From Octopus sinensis (taxonomy: Eukaryota): a stretch of 64,000 bases of DNA. Where the stretch lies: positions 49,848,001-49,912,000 of the forward strand of contig NC_043001.1 of the NCBI RefSeq assembly GCF_006345805.1, given 5' to 3'. Both the position numbers and the translations under genes were made by a program. Below, piece by piece: positions 12,383 through 26,787 of this stretch (its first letter is position 1; the number at the start of each line of letters is the position of its first letter). The notes below the pieces were generated by a model. That model was not told the DNA's origin, ran no database searches, and saw only the letters and a list, made by a program, of their open reading frames with translations.

Positions 12383-14561
12383 ACATTGCAAACAACAAAT
12401 GAAATAGACATGAAATGAAAAAATTGTATAAATAAAAGGGCATTACTACAGATGTATGTACTCCCAAATTTGTTGTCTCATAACATCCAGAAAAATGGAT
12501 ACTTTTTAACAAAATTTCTATGAATACCACTTAGATGTTGTGGCTTCAGTGTACATAGGGATTTATGGGAAAGAATTTTTATGAGGGGATGGAGAGAGGA
12601 ATTTCGGAATATTCACACAATCTGACTTCTTCCGTCATAACTTTCAGGACAATGGATATCTTTTAATGAAAGTTTATACAAATCCCTTTCAAACAGCATA
12701 AATTACAATTATAAAGAAATTTGTGGGGAAAATTTTTTCAGGGATTTTCCTCATTTTCTTAAACCACAGCCTTCAAAATGATGGAGGGAGGGAGTATTGA
12801 AAACTTTTATTTTTACAACCTCCACTCCCTCATCATCCCACTCCAGACCTATTTTGGCCAATTTATTTTGCACTTCAAAACCATGGGAAGAGTATTTTCA
12901 GTAAAAAAAGTCAATATTTTCAGATGGAAAAGTGAGTGGTTTAAGGGCAATTTGGCTGTTGCTTCTAGCACATCCAAAGACAATCCTTCTTTCAGTCTCT
13001 TCCACTACCAGTTTCTGCTTCCCCTTTTAGATGATTTCAAGAAGGGAGAACAGTGTCCATGATTATTATAGGGGTCCCAAGACAAGTACTGGGTGCAAGG
13101 AACAGGAGAAACTGGTATGTGGGCTTATTCTCTGACAACAATCTTGTAAAAGAGCGGACTCAGTCAGAAGTACCCAAAAGCCAGCATTTGATGATAAACA
13201 AAGTGATCGATTATGTGTATCACTGAACTTCAACATTAGCTCTACCATATCACATCTGATGCAGACCCTCTCCTCATTTTTTTACCTTTATTATGTTGCT
13301 AAACATGCCTCTGCACCAAGCCCGTTTGCTAAAACTTTCTCCAGGATTTGTTGCTGACCCATATTAACTTTCCATACTTGTGTGCTAACTACATCATTCA
13401 TACCAGATTGAAAGGGCCATTAAAGAGGTATTTGTTCAGCCACCCCTCCTCTTCTAACGAAATGGTACTAAATAGATGGCTTTTCATGCTAGATCGAAAG
13501 TGAAAATATAAAATTCTAAAGTTTGGATGTTTGGTGGAATTGAATAAATAGTTCCCTTATCTTTTTTTGTTTTCTAATGTTGTTGTTTAGCCCCAGATCA
13601 TCTCTGATCAAGTAAACTTATGCTAAAAAGTATTCCATCTTTCCCCTCTGTACAGGGAAACAGACTACATTATCAGAGGGAAATCTGGTTGTTATTTCTA
13701 GCAGATCAACTAACCATGTAGTAGATCCCCTGTTGGCTTTTCATGGCCCAGTATTTTCTGAAAGCAATTTTTTTTTGTTCTACTCCTAAAATATTACATG
13801 AGAAAACAGATGTAAAGCCATTTATTATTCACTCATAGAACAATAAGCAAAACTGTCTAGAGAATTAGAAAAATTACATTACACAACAGAGGAGAATCAC
13901 ATTAATTAATTCTTACAAGAATCAATTCAATTCATATGATGTATGAACTGGACTAGTATCTCTTATAAAGTTATCTTACACACTGATTATCAAATCTTTA
14001 ATCAAACAAAAGTTTCAAATATCTGCAGATATATAAGTGATCTGACTAAAAAGGAATTATGCTTCTGAGTGCACCAAAACAAAATTAATCCATCTCACTT
14101 AATGGTGGGGTCTTTGAATGTTATGAATTACCTAAGGAGATTGTAATTCCAAAATTATTTTGGCTGTATGGTTAACAAGTTCATTTTACAACCACATAGT
14201 TTTGGATTCAGTTCCACTGTGTGGTACCTTGGGTAAGTGTCCTGGGTTGACCAATGAATTGTGCGTGAATTTGGAAGACAGAAACTAAAAGAAGAAGCCT
14301 GGCGTGCATGTGCCTCTTTGTCTTGAGATCATGAGAAAGTCACAAATAAGCATCACAGATATCCAAGCAAAATCCTACCTTTCCAATCTTGCATGAAAAC
14401 ATATCAAGCCATATTACTGTGACTGGAAACCAGGAGAGAACTGGAAAGGGTATCCAGGTGTAGAAAATTTGCCTCAACAAATTATGTTTCACCCATACAC
14501 ATGCAAGCATGGGAAAATGGACATTAAAAGCAATGATGACAATGATTATTTTATAGTAAGG

Positions 14562-14603
<42 letters not shown>

Positions 14604-14604
14604 T

Positions 14605-15295
14605 TTTGGATTTTCTCTTAGGTATGCAATTTCCAGGCATGCCAGCACTTGGTATTACAAGCCATGAGTATATAAGTTGTGGACTGGTTGGGTGATTTGC
14701 CTTCAACCCTGGCATGTACGGGAGGTTGAGGGGCCACAAAAATGGCAAAACATCAGTGTCTATCACTTCCAGATGGGATTGGGGGTGAGTTACCTTGCCT
14801 GTCCATGTCTCTGATGTGTTTCAACACCCAGTGCTTTAAGAGTGTATATACTCCATGCTATTGCAGCCACCAGAAATTACACAAAGCATATAGATTAAGT
14901 ATTTGCAGTAACTAATAATATCTATTATACTAGAACTGTTTATATTTCATTATGTGAATTTTCTTTTAGATATGCAATTTTCAGGCATGCCAACAAAATG
15001 GGTTTACAAGCCATGAGCATATAAGTCATGGACTAGCTGGGTGACTTGCCTTCAACCCTGGTGGGTAGATGATTTTGAGGAACCACAATAATGGTGACAC
15101 ATCACTCCCAAATCGGTTTGAGGGTGAGTTACCTAGCCCGTCCATGACTCTGAGGTGTTTTAACACCTGGTACTTTGAGAGTGTATATACTCCACCAAGC
15201 TACTGCAACTACAGGAAAATACAAAGCATATACATTAAGTAGGTGTGGTGAATAATATCTATATCTCTTATACTAGAGCTGCTTTTACTTCATAT
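14605..15295. repeat. Diverged tandem duplication, period 348 bp
   Basis: tatgcaatt..caggcatgcca starts at 14623 and 14971; similarity runs through to tatactaga in both units. Confidence 0.85.
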
Positions 15296-15313
15296 GTAAA
15301 TATATATATATAC

Positions 15314-15356
<43 letters not shown>

Positions 15357-15361
<5 letters not shown>

Positions 15362-15660
15362 CAATAAGAAAATGGAAGGGATCAATAGATGGTTCATCAA
15401 CTTTTAGACATCATATTATGTCAACTTATTTATTTATTTACTAAACTGACAATTACAAGAATATACATACATGTATAACATATTATGCTTTACATATATT
15501 TTATATGTAAAGCATTATATTTTATATGTAAAGCATAATGTTATACATGTATGTATATTCTTGTAATTGTCAGTTTAGTAAATAGATAAATAAGTTGACA
15601 TAATATGATGTCTAAAAGTTGATGAACTATCTATTGATCCCCTACATTTCTTATTGCTCT
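15357..15660. repeat. Long near-perfect inverted repeat (about 140-bp arms)
   Basis: 15357-15498 is the reverse complement of 15523-15660 apart from a few substitutions and small indels; 24-nt spacer. Confidence 0.95.
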
Positions 15661-17112
15661 ATAAATTAATGGTAAAATATCTCTTTACCTTCACCCATTT
15701 AGTACACTCAGTAATGTAATTGCAATGCAATAAAAAAACACTTGTGTATTACTAATTGGGTATTCTACCAGCAGTATATTGGATAGATATTATCCCTTAG
15801 TTGGTTGGATTCACAACCTCTAACTTTCTTGGAAATATATATATATATATACACACACACACATATATATATCTTATTTGTTTCAGTCATTGGGCTGTGG
15901 TTATGCTGAGGCACTGCCCTGAAGAGTTATAATTGAATGAATTAACCCCCGTCTTTTTGAGCTTGATACTTTCTATCAGTTGCTTATGCTGATCTGCTAA
16001 GTTATGGGGATGTAAACAGATCAGCATTAGCTGTAAAGCAATGGTGGGGGGACCAAGCACAAAGACACATGACAGGCTTCTTTCAGTTTCCATCTACCAA
16101 ACTCCACTCGCATGGCATTTGTCACATATAGACCTGATTAGTGCATAGCGTAGCAACAAATGTAGACAATTTGGTGCTTAGTACACAAGAAGGCCAACAT
16201 TAAATATATCATAATAGTAGCAAGTGATATTGTGCAAGTTGGTGGAGAGGAAAGGGACTTAAACAAAGAAACTCACCATTCTCATTAACACATTCCACAC
16301 ATGATCTATTCAGCCTAGCTGACTCATTAAACAACAGAACTTACTCATTAGTAGAAAATAATTAAAGAAAAAATATAAAATCTAACAACTGAAATAAAAT
16401 TATTAAAAAGCAAAAACAAAAATGTCTAAGAGAAAAATAGAACTCTGCCATCTTATCTTGCATATTTCATTAGAATTCATGAAAGAATGAAATACAAAAT
16501 AAAGGAACCATGTGAAACATGTAACTTATGAAAAGGTTGCTATGTATAAAAAAAAATAAAATAAAAAAAAGTAACAATTCAAGTGCTGAATACATAAAGA
16601 AATTGTTCTGATAGTTTTGTTTTGTCATTGCTGTTATTGTGGTGGCTGCCACTGATGCTGTTGTCATCACCACCACCGTCATCAGCTAGTTCTATTGGAA
16701 TACTTTCTATTCATTGTTATGAATGAACAGACCTTCTTACATTTGCATCTCTCTTGGAACTGTCTTTCCAAATTCTGATTATTACATTTTTTTTTTTCCT
16801 TTTCTTGTTTATATATCTTTATCATAAAACGTTTCTCATGGCCCCAGCAGACAAAATGGAAAAAGCATTGTCCTGGAGGATGGCGAGGGAGATGTGCTGG
16901 AACAGCCACTCTGACTCATGGGACTTGCACTTGTGGACAGCCATCTCTTATAACACTTATTGCAACAACACAACATACCTTCCTAACAAAACCCCTCCTC
17001 TCTATTTATGTCCATGCACTACATTCCCTTCCCATCCCTCCACCCACTTTTTGCAATGTTGTCAACTTATCTACCCACTCATTTTATCCAATCCCTGGTT
17101 CCACTTCACTTA

Positions 17113-17580
17113 TATGAGGGGATGCTGTAAAATTCCTGTGTTTAAAGATATCACGAAAAGCCTGGTTAGGGGCCCAGCCTTCTTAGTTCTGTTAGAGGGT
17201 TTAGAAAAACTGAAGGACCACTGCAATAAGTGTATGAATCTGAGAGGGGGAATATGTTGAATAAAATCATAATTAACTGATTCTCCTGTATTTTCTTTTA
17301 CTCAAAGGCAGGAACTTGTGTGTATGTGTGTGTGTGTGTGTGTGTACATGCAGGCGCACACACGACGGATTGCTGAAAAGTTCCTGACTCTAAGGGTATC
17401 ACAAAAGGCCTGGTTGGAAGACCAACCTTCTGAGTTCTTTTACAGCATTTAGGAAAACTGAAGAATCACTACAGTAAGTATGTGAATCTGAGAGGGAATA
17501 TGTTGTATAAAATCATAATTAACTTATTCTCCTGTATTTTCTTCAACCGAAAGCCAAGAACTTCTCACTATCCGCTCGTA
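17113..17580. mobile_element. Two adjacent copies of a mariner-type MITE (about 210-220 bp each)
   Basis: 17113-17320 and 17362-17580 are homologous; termini tatgagggg..tgctgtaaaattcctg / acgacggattgctgaaaagttcctg and aaagccaagaacttctcactatccgctcgta are imperfect TIRs with TA ends. Confidence 0.7.
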
Positions 17581-18367
17581 TATACCTACCTGTAAGTTGA
17601 GGGTACTACCCCACCCCATCACACTTCAAAATCTCCTCTCCCTACTACCTGAGGTAGACATGTATCTCCTTTTATTGCAAGTACCAATTTCTGTCTCTAT
17701 ATTCATAATCTAACCCAATATTTCTCAACTCCTTTTTTTTTTTTTTACCTATGGGTCCTTAAGATTTCCATATTATTGAAGTCGATCTTCCTAACCAGTC
17801 AATGTTTAAAAGAAAAAAAATATATTAGATTTTTTTAATTGAATATTATAAGCAATAGTAATGAAAAACAAAATTGCTAAAATATTTTGTGTTTTGTAGA
17901 AGTATAACCAATTTATTGCAGATAAATTTTAACAGAAAATTCTTATAAGGACTCCCGAGGGTCATATAGGCCCCGGTTTAAGACCATTGCTCTAACCTCT
18001 CATCTTCTGGCAAAAAGCCACCTCCCACAATACTATTCTCCTCTCAACTGAGGTGGGGGGGAGGTCTTGGTTTGTAAGTTATTTAGTGACCTCAAGGCTG
18101 CCGGTGCCACATAAAAAGAGAACCTAATATACTTAGCGAAATGGTTGGCATTAGGATGTTGAATCACCATGTAGAGGAACCCCACCCTCATGGGTCCTCT
18201 AGATGGTCATTCAACTTACTACAGAGAGTAGATACCCTCAAATTGACCTCTAATGTCTGAAATACAGAAAGGATACATGGCTAAACTTGGGACTAAACAA
18301 CATCAACAAAACCATATTAAAAGAAACACTCTCACTGCAACAATGTTGAGTAGAATGAACAACATAC

Positions 18368-18546
18368 CTTCAGAGCTTGTGCGTTGTATGGCAGAAGGTT
18401 CACTTGGTAGACTACGACCAATCTCATTCACAGCAAATACTTTAACTTGGTATTGCGTATAAGGACGAAGGTCCCTAATTTTTGTAGAGTTGAAAATTAC
18501 TCCAATGGAACGTATGTCCCCTTCACTCCAGTCTTGCGAAGAAGAC
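18368..18546 (-). CDS. Ptp99A: Coding exon, second half of FN3 domain 1
   Basis: tttatttcag|G ... GAAG|gtatgt; 179 nt, phase 2-1; SSSQDWSEG...DLRPYTQYQVKVFAVNEIGRSLPSEPSAIQRTSSE with the FN3 LxPxTxYxVxVxAxN motif. Confidence 0.88.
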
Positions 18547-18654
18547 CTGAAATAAAAAGGAAAAAAAATCATCTTTTTATTTCAAATACTTGTCACATAT
18601 GGATCAATTATAATAAATAAAAAAAAATTGCTTCATACATTCACACATACACAT

Positions 18655-19800
18655 ATTGGGTCATTCCATAAATAATGTGTTTTTTTTATACTTTTTATAT
18701 TTCTTTTATTTTTCAAAATTCTTTTTAAATCTAAAATACACTCTCCTTCATTTTCTACAATGCTCTTCCATCTATCTGGTAGATTTCCAAAATTCACTTG
18801 TCCCAGATGTGTCTCCAGTACTGTTCTGACCATGTCTACAGAATTCATATTTTTTCTGTCCAAATGATTTTGGAGACTGCAGAATAAATGATAATCAGAT
18901 GGTGCAATGTCCAGCGAATACAAAGGGTGGGATATTGTTTCCCATTCAAACTCCTCAGCCTTTGGGATGCCATCCTCACTGTATGTGACCAAGTATTATC
19001 CTAATGGAAAAACACCTTTCATCTTGAAACCAAAGATGGCCATTTTTCTTTAAGCGCTGATGCAAGCTGCTCACAGTAGATCTCCTTTGTTATCGTTTGG
19101 TTTGGGTTTGAAAGTTCAAAGTGGACTAAACCTTTCACATCCCACCAAACAGATAACAACACCTTACGTGGGTGAAGACCTTCTTTAGCCTAGGGTACTG
19201 GGTTTCCTCCTTTTCGTTAACCACTGCTTTCGGCACTTGACATTTTTATAGAGAACCCATTTCTCATCACCAGTCACTGTTTGGTCCAAAAAAAGGTTCA
19301 TTCGGGAGATGTGACAGCAAAAAAGAGCACACATTCACTCTCTGCATGTGATTAGACTTGAAAAGTTTGTGAGGAACCCAATGACCCAATTTGATGATTT
19401 TTCCAATGGCATGCAGGTGTCAATGAATGGTTCAATGACCAAATCCAAGCTTCTCTGCTAGTTCCTCAACAGTTACAATGGGATTTTATTCCACCGGGGT
19501 TTGCAGGATGTCCTTGTTGAGCTCTACAGATCTTCCAGGACAAGGATCATCGAGCTTTACAGATCTTCCAGGATAAGGCTCGTCTTCTGGGCTGTAGTTT
19601 CCAGCTTGGAACTTCTGGAACCACCGTTGACACTAACTTACACTTATTGTCCAATCTCCATATACTGCATTAATATTTATCGCACTTTCTGTTGTGTTGT
19701 TGCCTTTATTGAACCTATGCTCCTTTGTCACTTCCATTATGGCTTTGAAAAAATAACTTAAAATTGAATTGCACTCTTCAAAACTTGCACTAAGAATAAG
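18655..19800 (-). mobile_element. Near full-length decayed mariner transposon
   Basis: Hand translation gives RWFQKFQAGNYS, WVPHKL, TVTGDEKWVLY, a D-N-T-W-S-H remnant and HPLYSLDIAPSDYHLF (DD34D triad motifs) with stops and frameshifts. Confidence 0.85.
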
Positions 19801-20137
19801 GATAAGGTAAAATTACTATCTGTCTTTATAGCAAGTTGCTGCAGGTAGTTTATCCCATCCCCCTCCGACTTTTAGTTCATGCAATTGAAAGAAACACAAT
19901 ATTTATGAGATGACCTAATAATAATATTCCTCTTGTAAAAAAAATATATGAAGATATTACAGGCAAGGGGTATCAACCAACTTAACCAAACAATATAAAC
20001 TGTATGAAATTAGATAGTTTAAAATATTGAATGGGTTTGATAGGTAGGTAATTAGATAAATATTTTGACTCATTTTAGCCTATTAATAGAACAACAGAAA
20101 TACTGCAAAAGAAGAAACAATAGAATTACCAACTTAC

Positions 20138-20261
20138 TTAATCTGCACTTGATAGTGTGTAATAGGGCTGTTGTTGTCCTCAACAACTGATGGCCAGGAA
20201 ACCTTCAACCAGCGTGATGACACCTCAGTAATTTCTGGTTTACCAGGGGGTTCAGGAACAG
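20138..20261 (-). CDS. Ptp99A: Coding exon, first half of FN3 domain 1
   Basis: ttttcccag|CT ... ATTAA|gtaagt; 124 nt, phase 1-2; (A)VPEPPGKPEITEVSSRWLKVSWPSVVEDNNSPITHYQVQI(K); joins the Ig exon in frame as VVIQ-AVPEPP. Confidence 0.85.
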
Positions 20262-23200
20262 CTGGGAAAATAAAAGAAAAGATAGAGGTTTTAATATTTC
20301 TGGAGCTGAGTATATAAATAGAGAAGTGAGCATATAGTTGGAAAGGAAAGTAATTTGAGGTAATTTCTAGAAGGTACTGCATTATTTTGTCCTGCTTATA
20401 AGTGAAAGGGGTAACCACAATAAAAGTAGTCAAAATGTGACTTAACTGTATCAGTATACTGTGAGTTGTCATGTAAAAACGAGGAGATGATGATAATGAC
20501 AACAATGAAGATTAACAATAGATTCCTATAATTACCAACATTTTCATAGGGTTAATTAGTAGTCATGGTAGAGTCTAAGCAGAACATTCTAGTACACGTA
20601 TCCATCGCATTACAGAAGTGTAAAACATTTCCTCTTTGACTTGCTTGTAAAATGGAAGTTAAACTGCTTTCCTGGGTCCTAATGAATAATAACAAATCTT
20701 CTCTTGTAGACAAGGTATTGTCATTTAATTAAACAGATAAACTAACATTGCTTATTCAGGTTTTCAATATTTATTTATCTGGAAAAGATTGCATAAGTGA
20801 ATAAGTGCAGCACATATACAAGGTGTGACAAAGCTACAGCTATAGATAGTTGATTTACATGTAGACTAAAAGAAAATATGTATTAAACATGTAACAACAC
20901 ACTATAAACTTTAAGACACCATTTAGCTTATGGACATAATGAAGCACTCCACATAGGGAGGGAGGGAGTGTGTGCATGTGTGCACGCACACGCACATTGC
21001 ATGTGTGTTTATATCAGTAAAGCATTAGAATTGGTATGTTCATACAGAAATATCCTGTGGTATAAATTACCCACTGAATTATTTCCCTGTTTACAAAACC
21101 CTTTAACGAAAGAAGACAGAGCTTGGTGCAGTCCTCTGGCTCCTGTCAAACTATCTGACCATTGCCAGCATGGAAAGTGGACACTACATCATAATGATGA
21201 TAATGAGGAGGAGGAGGACGACGAGACAAAGTACAGAAGTCAATAATATAATCAATTAAAATCCTTCATGGCAGTGTCCTAACATAGCTACCACCAAAAA
21301 ACTGAAACAAGTAAAAGAAGAATAAAAGAATATTCCTGGCACTGCAGTTCCACTAAATCTAACAGTGCACCTATCTAAATCATTGATTGCAAACCTGCTA
21401 TACACCACAGGATTTTAATTGACATGCAATAGATTTTTATTTAAAAAAATTTTTTTTTAAATCTCCCTGCAGTATCATACTATAAAAAGCTTATCTATAA
21501 GCATTTACCTGAATATAAAATACATGTATACATATAAGCGACTCTCCAAAAAGAAGTTTATTTAAGAAATTAATACTTTGACATGCCAGATTGAAAAAAA
21601 GGCTTGCCTTGGGAATTTATGTTATTGGCTCTATGACCTGGTTTTGTGATTAAAAAAAAATGGCTAGAGCTATATTTGGTCTGCTCAAAGTAGAATTAAT
21701 CATTTTGAAATTTAAAATGCCTTCGGCTTGAGAAAGTCTATAGTCTTGCAAGCAGCTGTTAAACCTTATATGGAATTAGTATACGATATGTATGTGTTCC
21801 TAAAATTGTCTAAAGATTCTTCTCACACATATTACATGCATACACATACACCAACAAGTATGACACACATTAATGCACTTAAACCCCCTCACAGACACAC
21901 ATAACACACAGGTCAATGCAATCACACACACACACAGCTTAATTCCGAAGACTTTTTTTTTTTCCTTCAAAATTATTATTGAGCAATGAATAGAAGAATC
22001 TATCTCAAATGTCTACTTAATTCTCACTCCCTGCAAAATTGTGTATGCTTCTATATGGAAAATGTGTCTGTGTGAGCATAAAAAATGAGGAAAGAAAGAG
22101 AAAACATTAGAGAGAGGGAAGGATATGTATGCCTATGTAAAACAGAATAAGAATACCACAGCAAATTGACAGTCATTAGAGCATAGTAGAAAATGCTTTG
22201 CGGTACCCTTTTGGGTGGGGTTTTTTTTTTAGGGGGGTGAGCAATAAAATAAGGCATCAGTCCAGGGCAGTGAATTGATAAAATTGTGAGAGTATCAAGT
22301 ATGATGCTTTGCAGTATGGATTCCAGCTCTTGACATTCCAAGTTCTTGGGTAGCAAATTTAATCTATTTCCCAGTTTAACACTATCAACTTATTTTGGAT
22401 ACCATTGGCAGTGTCCATCATATTGAAGGCATTTGGGCCAAGTTGCCAGTTTCAGAGCACTTTTCCTTCCATTCTACCATCTGTCTCAGTGGCCCTGAAG
22501 AAATAAGGAATCATGGATGCTCCCCTACTGTCTCTGATTAGATTTTAAATAAAAAAATTTTTTTTTTTTTTAATATATAAAAAAAACCCTATCTACTACA
22601 TGTTACAATCCACCCTCAATGAGGAAAGATGTATTTACAACACAACAATAATAGAAACTGAGTTTTGCAAATTTTGTATGAGCACTAGACTCCATTTCCA
22701 AGGTAGTATCTACCTAAGATTTATTTATCTTACTGAGTTAACTCGATGTGTGCAGTTCAGAGTGTGGTTTATTTGCACCAAGTAGTTGCTGCTCTATTAC
22801 TATTACTCAATTATCTGTTTTAACAACACACTTGACTGCTTTCTTACTAAATCTTTCTTTCCAGACAGCTTCAAATAAAATTCAGATTCAGATATAGCTT
22901 CTCTTCATTTTCTATCCAATAAATTTTTCTCAAATCAAAATGTAGCAAAACCTATGGAAACTACAACAACAAAGAAAATCAATGAACAAAATCAAATAAA
23001 TGTCTGAAGTCGATAAATCTATATCTATATCTCTTTTACAATCATTTTCTGTGATCATATGAAATTTAATTGTAAACAGAAGAATCTATAAACTGCTGGT
23101 TAAAAAAAAAAAAGAAGAAAAAAAAAGTACAAAGTATAGAAAACCATGAAGAGAAAATTCAAATTATGATCCAGCTTATAATCTGTCAGTTTATCTGTTT

Positions 23201-24169
23201 GATCTAAAAATGTTGTGAGCCAATGAAATGTAGGTTTTAGATGTGTCCTGGTTCAGATCAATTGTTTAGTTGCCATGATTGGCTTCTTCAAACTCAATTC
23301 TATTTAAATGGCTGGTTATTCAATCAAACCATTCCTTGTTATTATTTTCCGAGAAAGAAGAGCTATTACACATTGAGTTGTCAGATTGCTGGCTTGCAGT
23401 TAGTTTGTGGGTCATTGATTCAGAACTTGTTTTTGTTATTTAGTCCCAAGTCACCTCTAACTAGACAAAACTTCTAAACAAAGGAATTCCAGCCATGATC
23501 ATCCTCCTGATTTCACTTTCAGACTTTATCTAGAACATGACTTCCTTACCTTTTTTCTTTTGAGGAACCCTTGAAAATACATTAACCAGCTCAGGGAAAT
23601 CTTATATAAAATTATTATACAGACACAGGCATAGATTTGTGGTAGCTGTCTTCTACAAACTTAATCAAAATTATCATGCCCTTCCTAAGACCAACCACCC
23701 TACAGAGAGGACTGAGTGCTTTTTATATGGCACCAGCACAAGTGAGGTCAGTTTGGGCAGGGTTTTTACAGCTGGATGCCCATCCAAATACAAACCACTT
23801 CACAGTGTGAAATGGATGCTTTTTACGTGGCCCCAGCACCAGCAGAATCACCAAGTAACATGCAAGACAAAGATCCTTTGAGAGGGGAGGGGTCATTAGA
23901 GGTGATGATCTTGTGTCAGATGATGAAAGGATAGAATGTGACAGAGAGACAGAAACAGGTGTCTTGCTATAGAGAAGGAATATAGTTACCCAGAGAGAGA
24001 GGGGGGGGGGGGGCTTTAATTGCAAAATGGCAAAATAAATTTTCAGGAAAATTTTGCTGAAACCCAGAACTTTTTCAGAAACCCACTTTGAGAAATCCTG
24101 TTCTTAGCATGGATGAGGCTCAAACTTACAGAATTGCAGTTTTAGTAGCAGAAGAAATAGTATCACAGT

Positions 24170-24880
24170 TGGTGTTGAATCAGTTGACTGGTATTTGCAA
24201 TCGACATGATGCTACTTGGCTCTTTAAATGGTGATCTTCAGCATGCACTGAGTGGGCTTGCTGCCAAGTGTTGTAAGGCAAGAACAAGAATTAGTGTTGT
24301 GAGGATTGACACATTGGTCCTCTCAAGAAAGTCTTCCCAGTGCATTCTGCTTGTTCATGGAATACCACTGAGACAAGTAGAGCAATTTAAGTATTTGGGG
24401 GCTGTATTCACAAGTGATGGTGGGAGACAGGAAGTAGAATCGGATGTGCTAGCTCCAGCATTCAATTCTCAAAAAGGGGGAGGTTGGTAAAAAAACCAAA
24501 CTCACTGTCTTCAATTTGGTTTCCATGCCTAACCTCACCTATGATATGAACGTTAGGAAATGATTAAAAGAGAACAATTGTAAATACAAGTGGCCAAAAT
24601 GGGGTTCACCCATAGGCTCTCTGGAGTAGCATTGCTAGAGAGGGTGTATACCTTGGAGATCAGGGAGTCTCTCCAGATTCAGCCACTACTTCTCTGCATT
24701 GAGGTCACAGTTCCAATACTATGGACATAGAACATCACAGGAAAGAACTGCAAGATGGATTCTTCATGCCTAGTCAACCAACAAGACCGGCAAGTAGACC
24801 AAAAATGAGATGATTGGATAACATCCACAGAAAGATGATCGCCTCTGATAGGATCCTATGGAGGAGGGGCCTGAGTACTG
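24170..24880 (+). mobile_element. RTE/Expander-like LINE RT fragment
   Basis: DMMLLGSLNGDLQHALSGLAAKC...VLSRK...LRQVEQFKYLGAVFTSDG, the post-YADD region of an RTE-type RT. Confidence 0.7.
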
Positions 24881-26787
24881 TACATTAAACAACCATTCCA
24901 AGAAAATTAGTAACGACTTTCTGAAGCAACTGAATGATGAAAAAAAAATAATTCCAAAACAGCTTGCTACAAGATTTTCTTCACTCTAATCAGACATTTT
25001 GTTTAATACCTATAATTTGATTTTATTTCATTGACATGAAAATTCCTCTGCATAAATAGTACACATCTTAATAACCAGACAGTAGTGACATTACTAGATA
25101 AATGACAAAATTAATTCATATATGAATTTAAATATCATGATGAACAGTCAATCAAATTGACCAAAATAATTAGTTAGCCACTTTCATCACCAAAAGCAAA
25201 ATTGCATCAATTAAACATGAGATTTATAGATTAAAATCATTTCATAGAAGAAATTAAAGCAGTTTTATTTCAATCTACATATTAGCTAAATAATAAATTC
25301 ATTATATAGTTAAGTAACAAAAACAAAGAGCGTCTAACAATATGTAATGTAAAGTTAGGTAACGCTTATATATTTCAAGCACAGAAGCCCACCATCAGAA
25401 GTGTATGGTCTAGAAATGGGAATTTAAGAAGATCCTACCATTTTGAATGCAGAACAGACAGTAATCTCACTTTATTTTCAGCAGCAGTTGTCAAGTTTTA
25501 GTGGATTAGTGTCGTCCACTATAACCGTGAGATGACCAAAACCATACAACAAAACTTTTATACTTCTATAATATGAGATAAAATTACTATTCTACAACAC
25601 AAATACAATCATAAAACAAACTAGTTGAGAAACTTCCATGATGTCACTCAACCTGCAATAAAATGTAGCTGCCAAATTTCCCCTCATACAACTAGCAGCA
25701 CACATTTCAAAAGTTTTAAATTATATGACAATACTGACAGGGATAGAAACAGAAATAAAATATTTAATTTAATTGGTTAAATCTGTACAGATCTGCTCAA
25801 ACACAGACAACTGGGATTACTCAACAACAGTAGAGTATCAACACAATCATGAACCAATTAAGAGGACAGAATGTGGTCACTCAGTTTTTCAGAAATGCAC
25901 TTTATTTTTATCTTTTGCTTGTTTCAGTCATTAGACTGTGGCCATGCTGGGGCACAGCCTTGAAGGGTTTTAGTTGAATAGATCAACCTCACTACTTAAT
26001 TTTGTATATTTATTCTATCAGTCTCTTTTGCTAAACTACTAAGTTACAGTGATGTAAACAAACCAACACCAGTTGTCAAGCGGTACCAAAGATGAACACG
26101 AAATAAACACATACACATGACTATTTCTTCTAGTTTCCGTTTACCAAATCTTCTCACGGCTACAGTGGAAGACACTTGACCAAGGTGTTGCACAGTAGGA
26201 TTGATGCAAGACCATATGGTTAGGAAAAAAGTTTCTTACTCATGAAGATAAATTTTCCTAAAATCCCATCCTACCTGCTTGAAAACTGAAGGACCTACTG
26301 GATGAAATAGTCTTAGATATATAATGTCTAAATTTTAAAAAAATACAATGATAATGGCTGTATCTTTGATCATAGGTTTGTTATATCAGGACTGACTTGA
26401 AGAAGGAGGGTCTATGAGGATAGAATAAGGTGAACAAATTACTATATTTAATAAAATTAAAACAGTTTTAAACTTTTTTGAACTTGTCCAATAATGTAGT
26501 CATGATAAATTCAATTTTGTTTTCTCATAAATAAAAGATGGGTACACAAAAATCCTCACTAATATTTGTGGGCATGGAGGGTTAGTATTTGTCAGTCTGA
26601 GATCCATTCAACTAGACAAGTCCTGAGCAAACTCTGGCCTATAAAGCTTTTTCAATGGCATGACAATAAAAAAATTATCTTGAATTTATTTTAGTAGTGT
26701 GGTTTAACTCATGATGAGCCATATCTCATACAATCCACTTCTCAAAAAAGTGGCCCATGCATGAGCTACACCATAACAAACATTCAA

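Noticed and set aside
13184-13263. C/D-box snoRNA-like layout (TGATGA at 13189, CTGA at 13256, 3-bp terminal stem)
   Set aside because: Antisense to the host gene, weak stem, and I could not match the guide segments to rRNA or snRNA; likely chance.
16754-17260. 168-aa plus-strand ORF
   Set aside because: It runs from a T-rich tract into a mariner MITE and has no recognizable domain.
22403-22494. Minus-strand segment with a good acceptor and a possible donor in the large intron
   Set aside because: All three frames have stops; no Ig or FN3 similarity.
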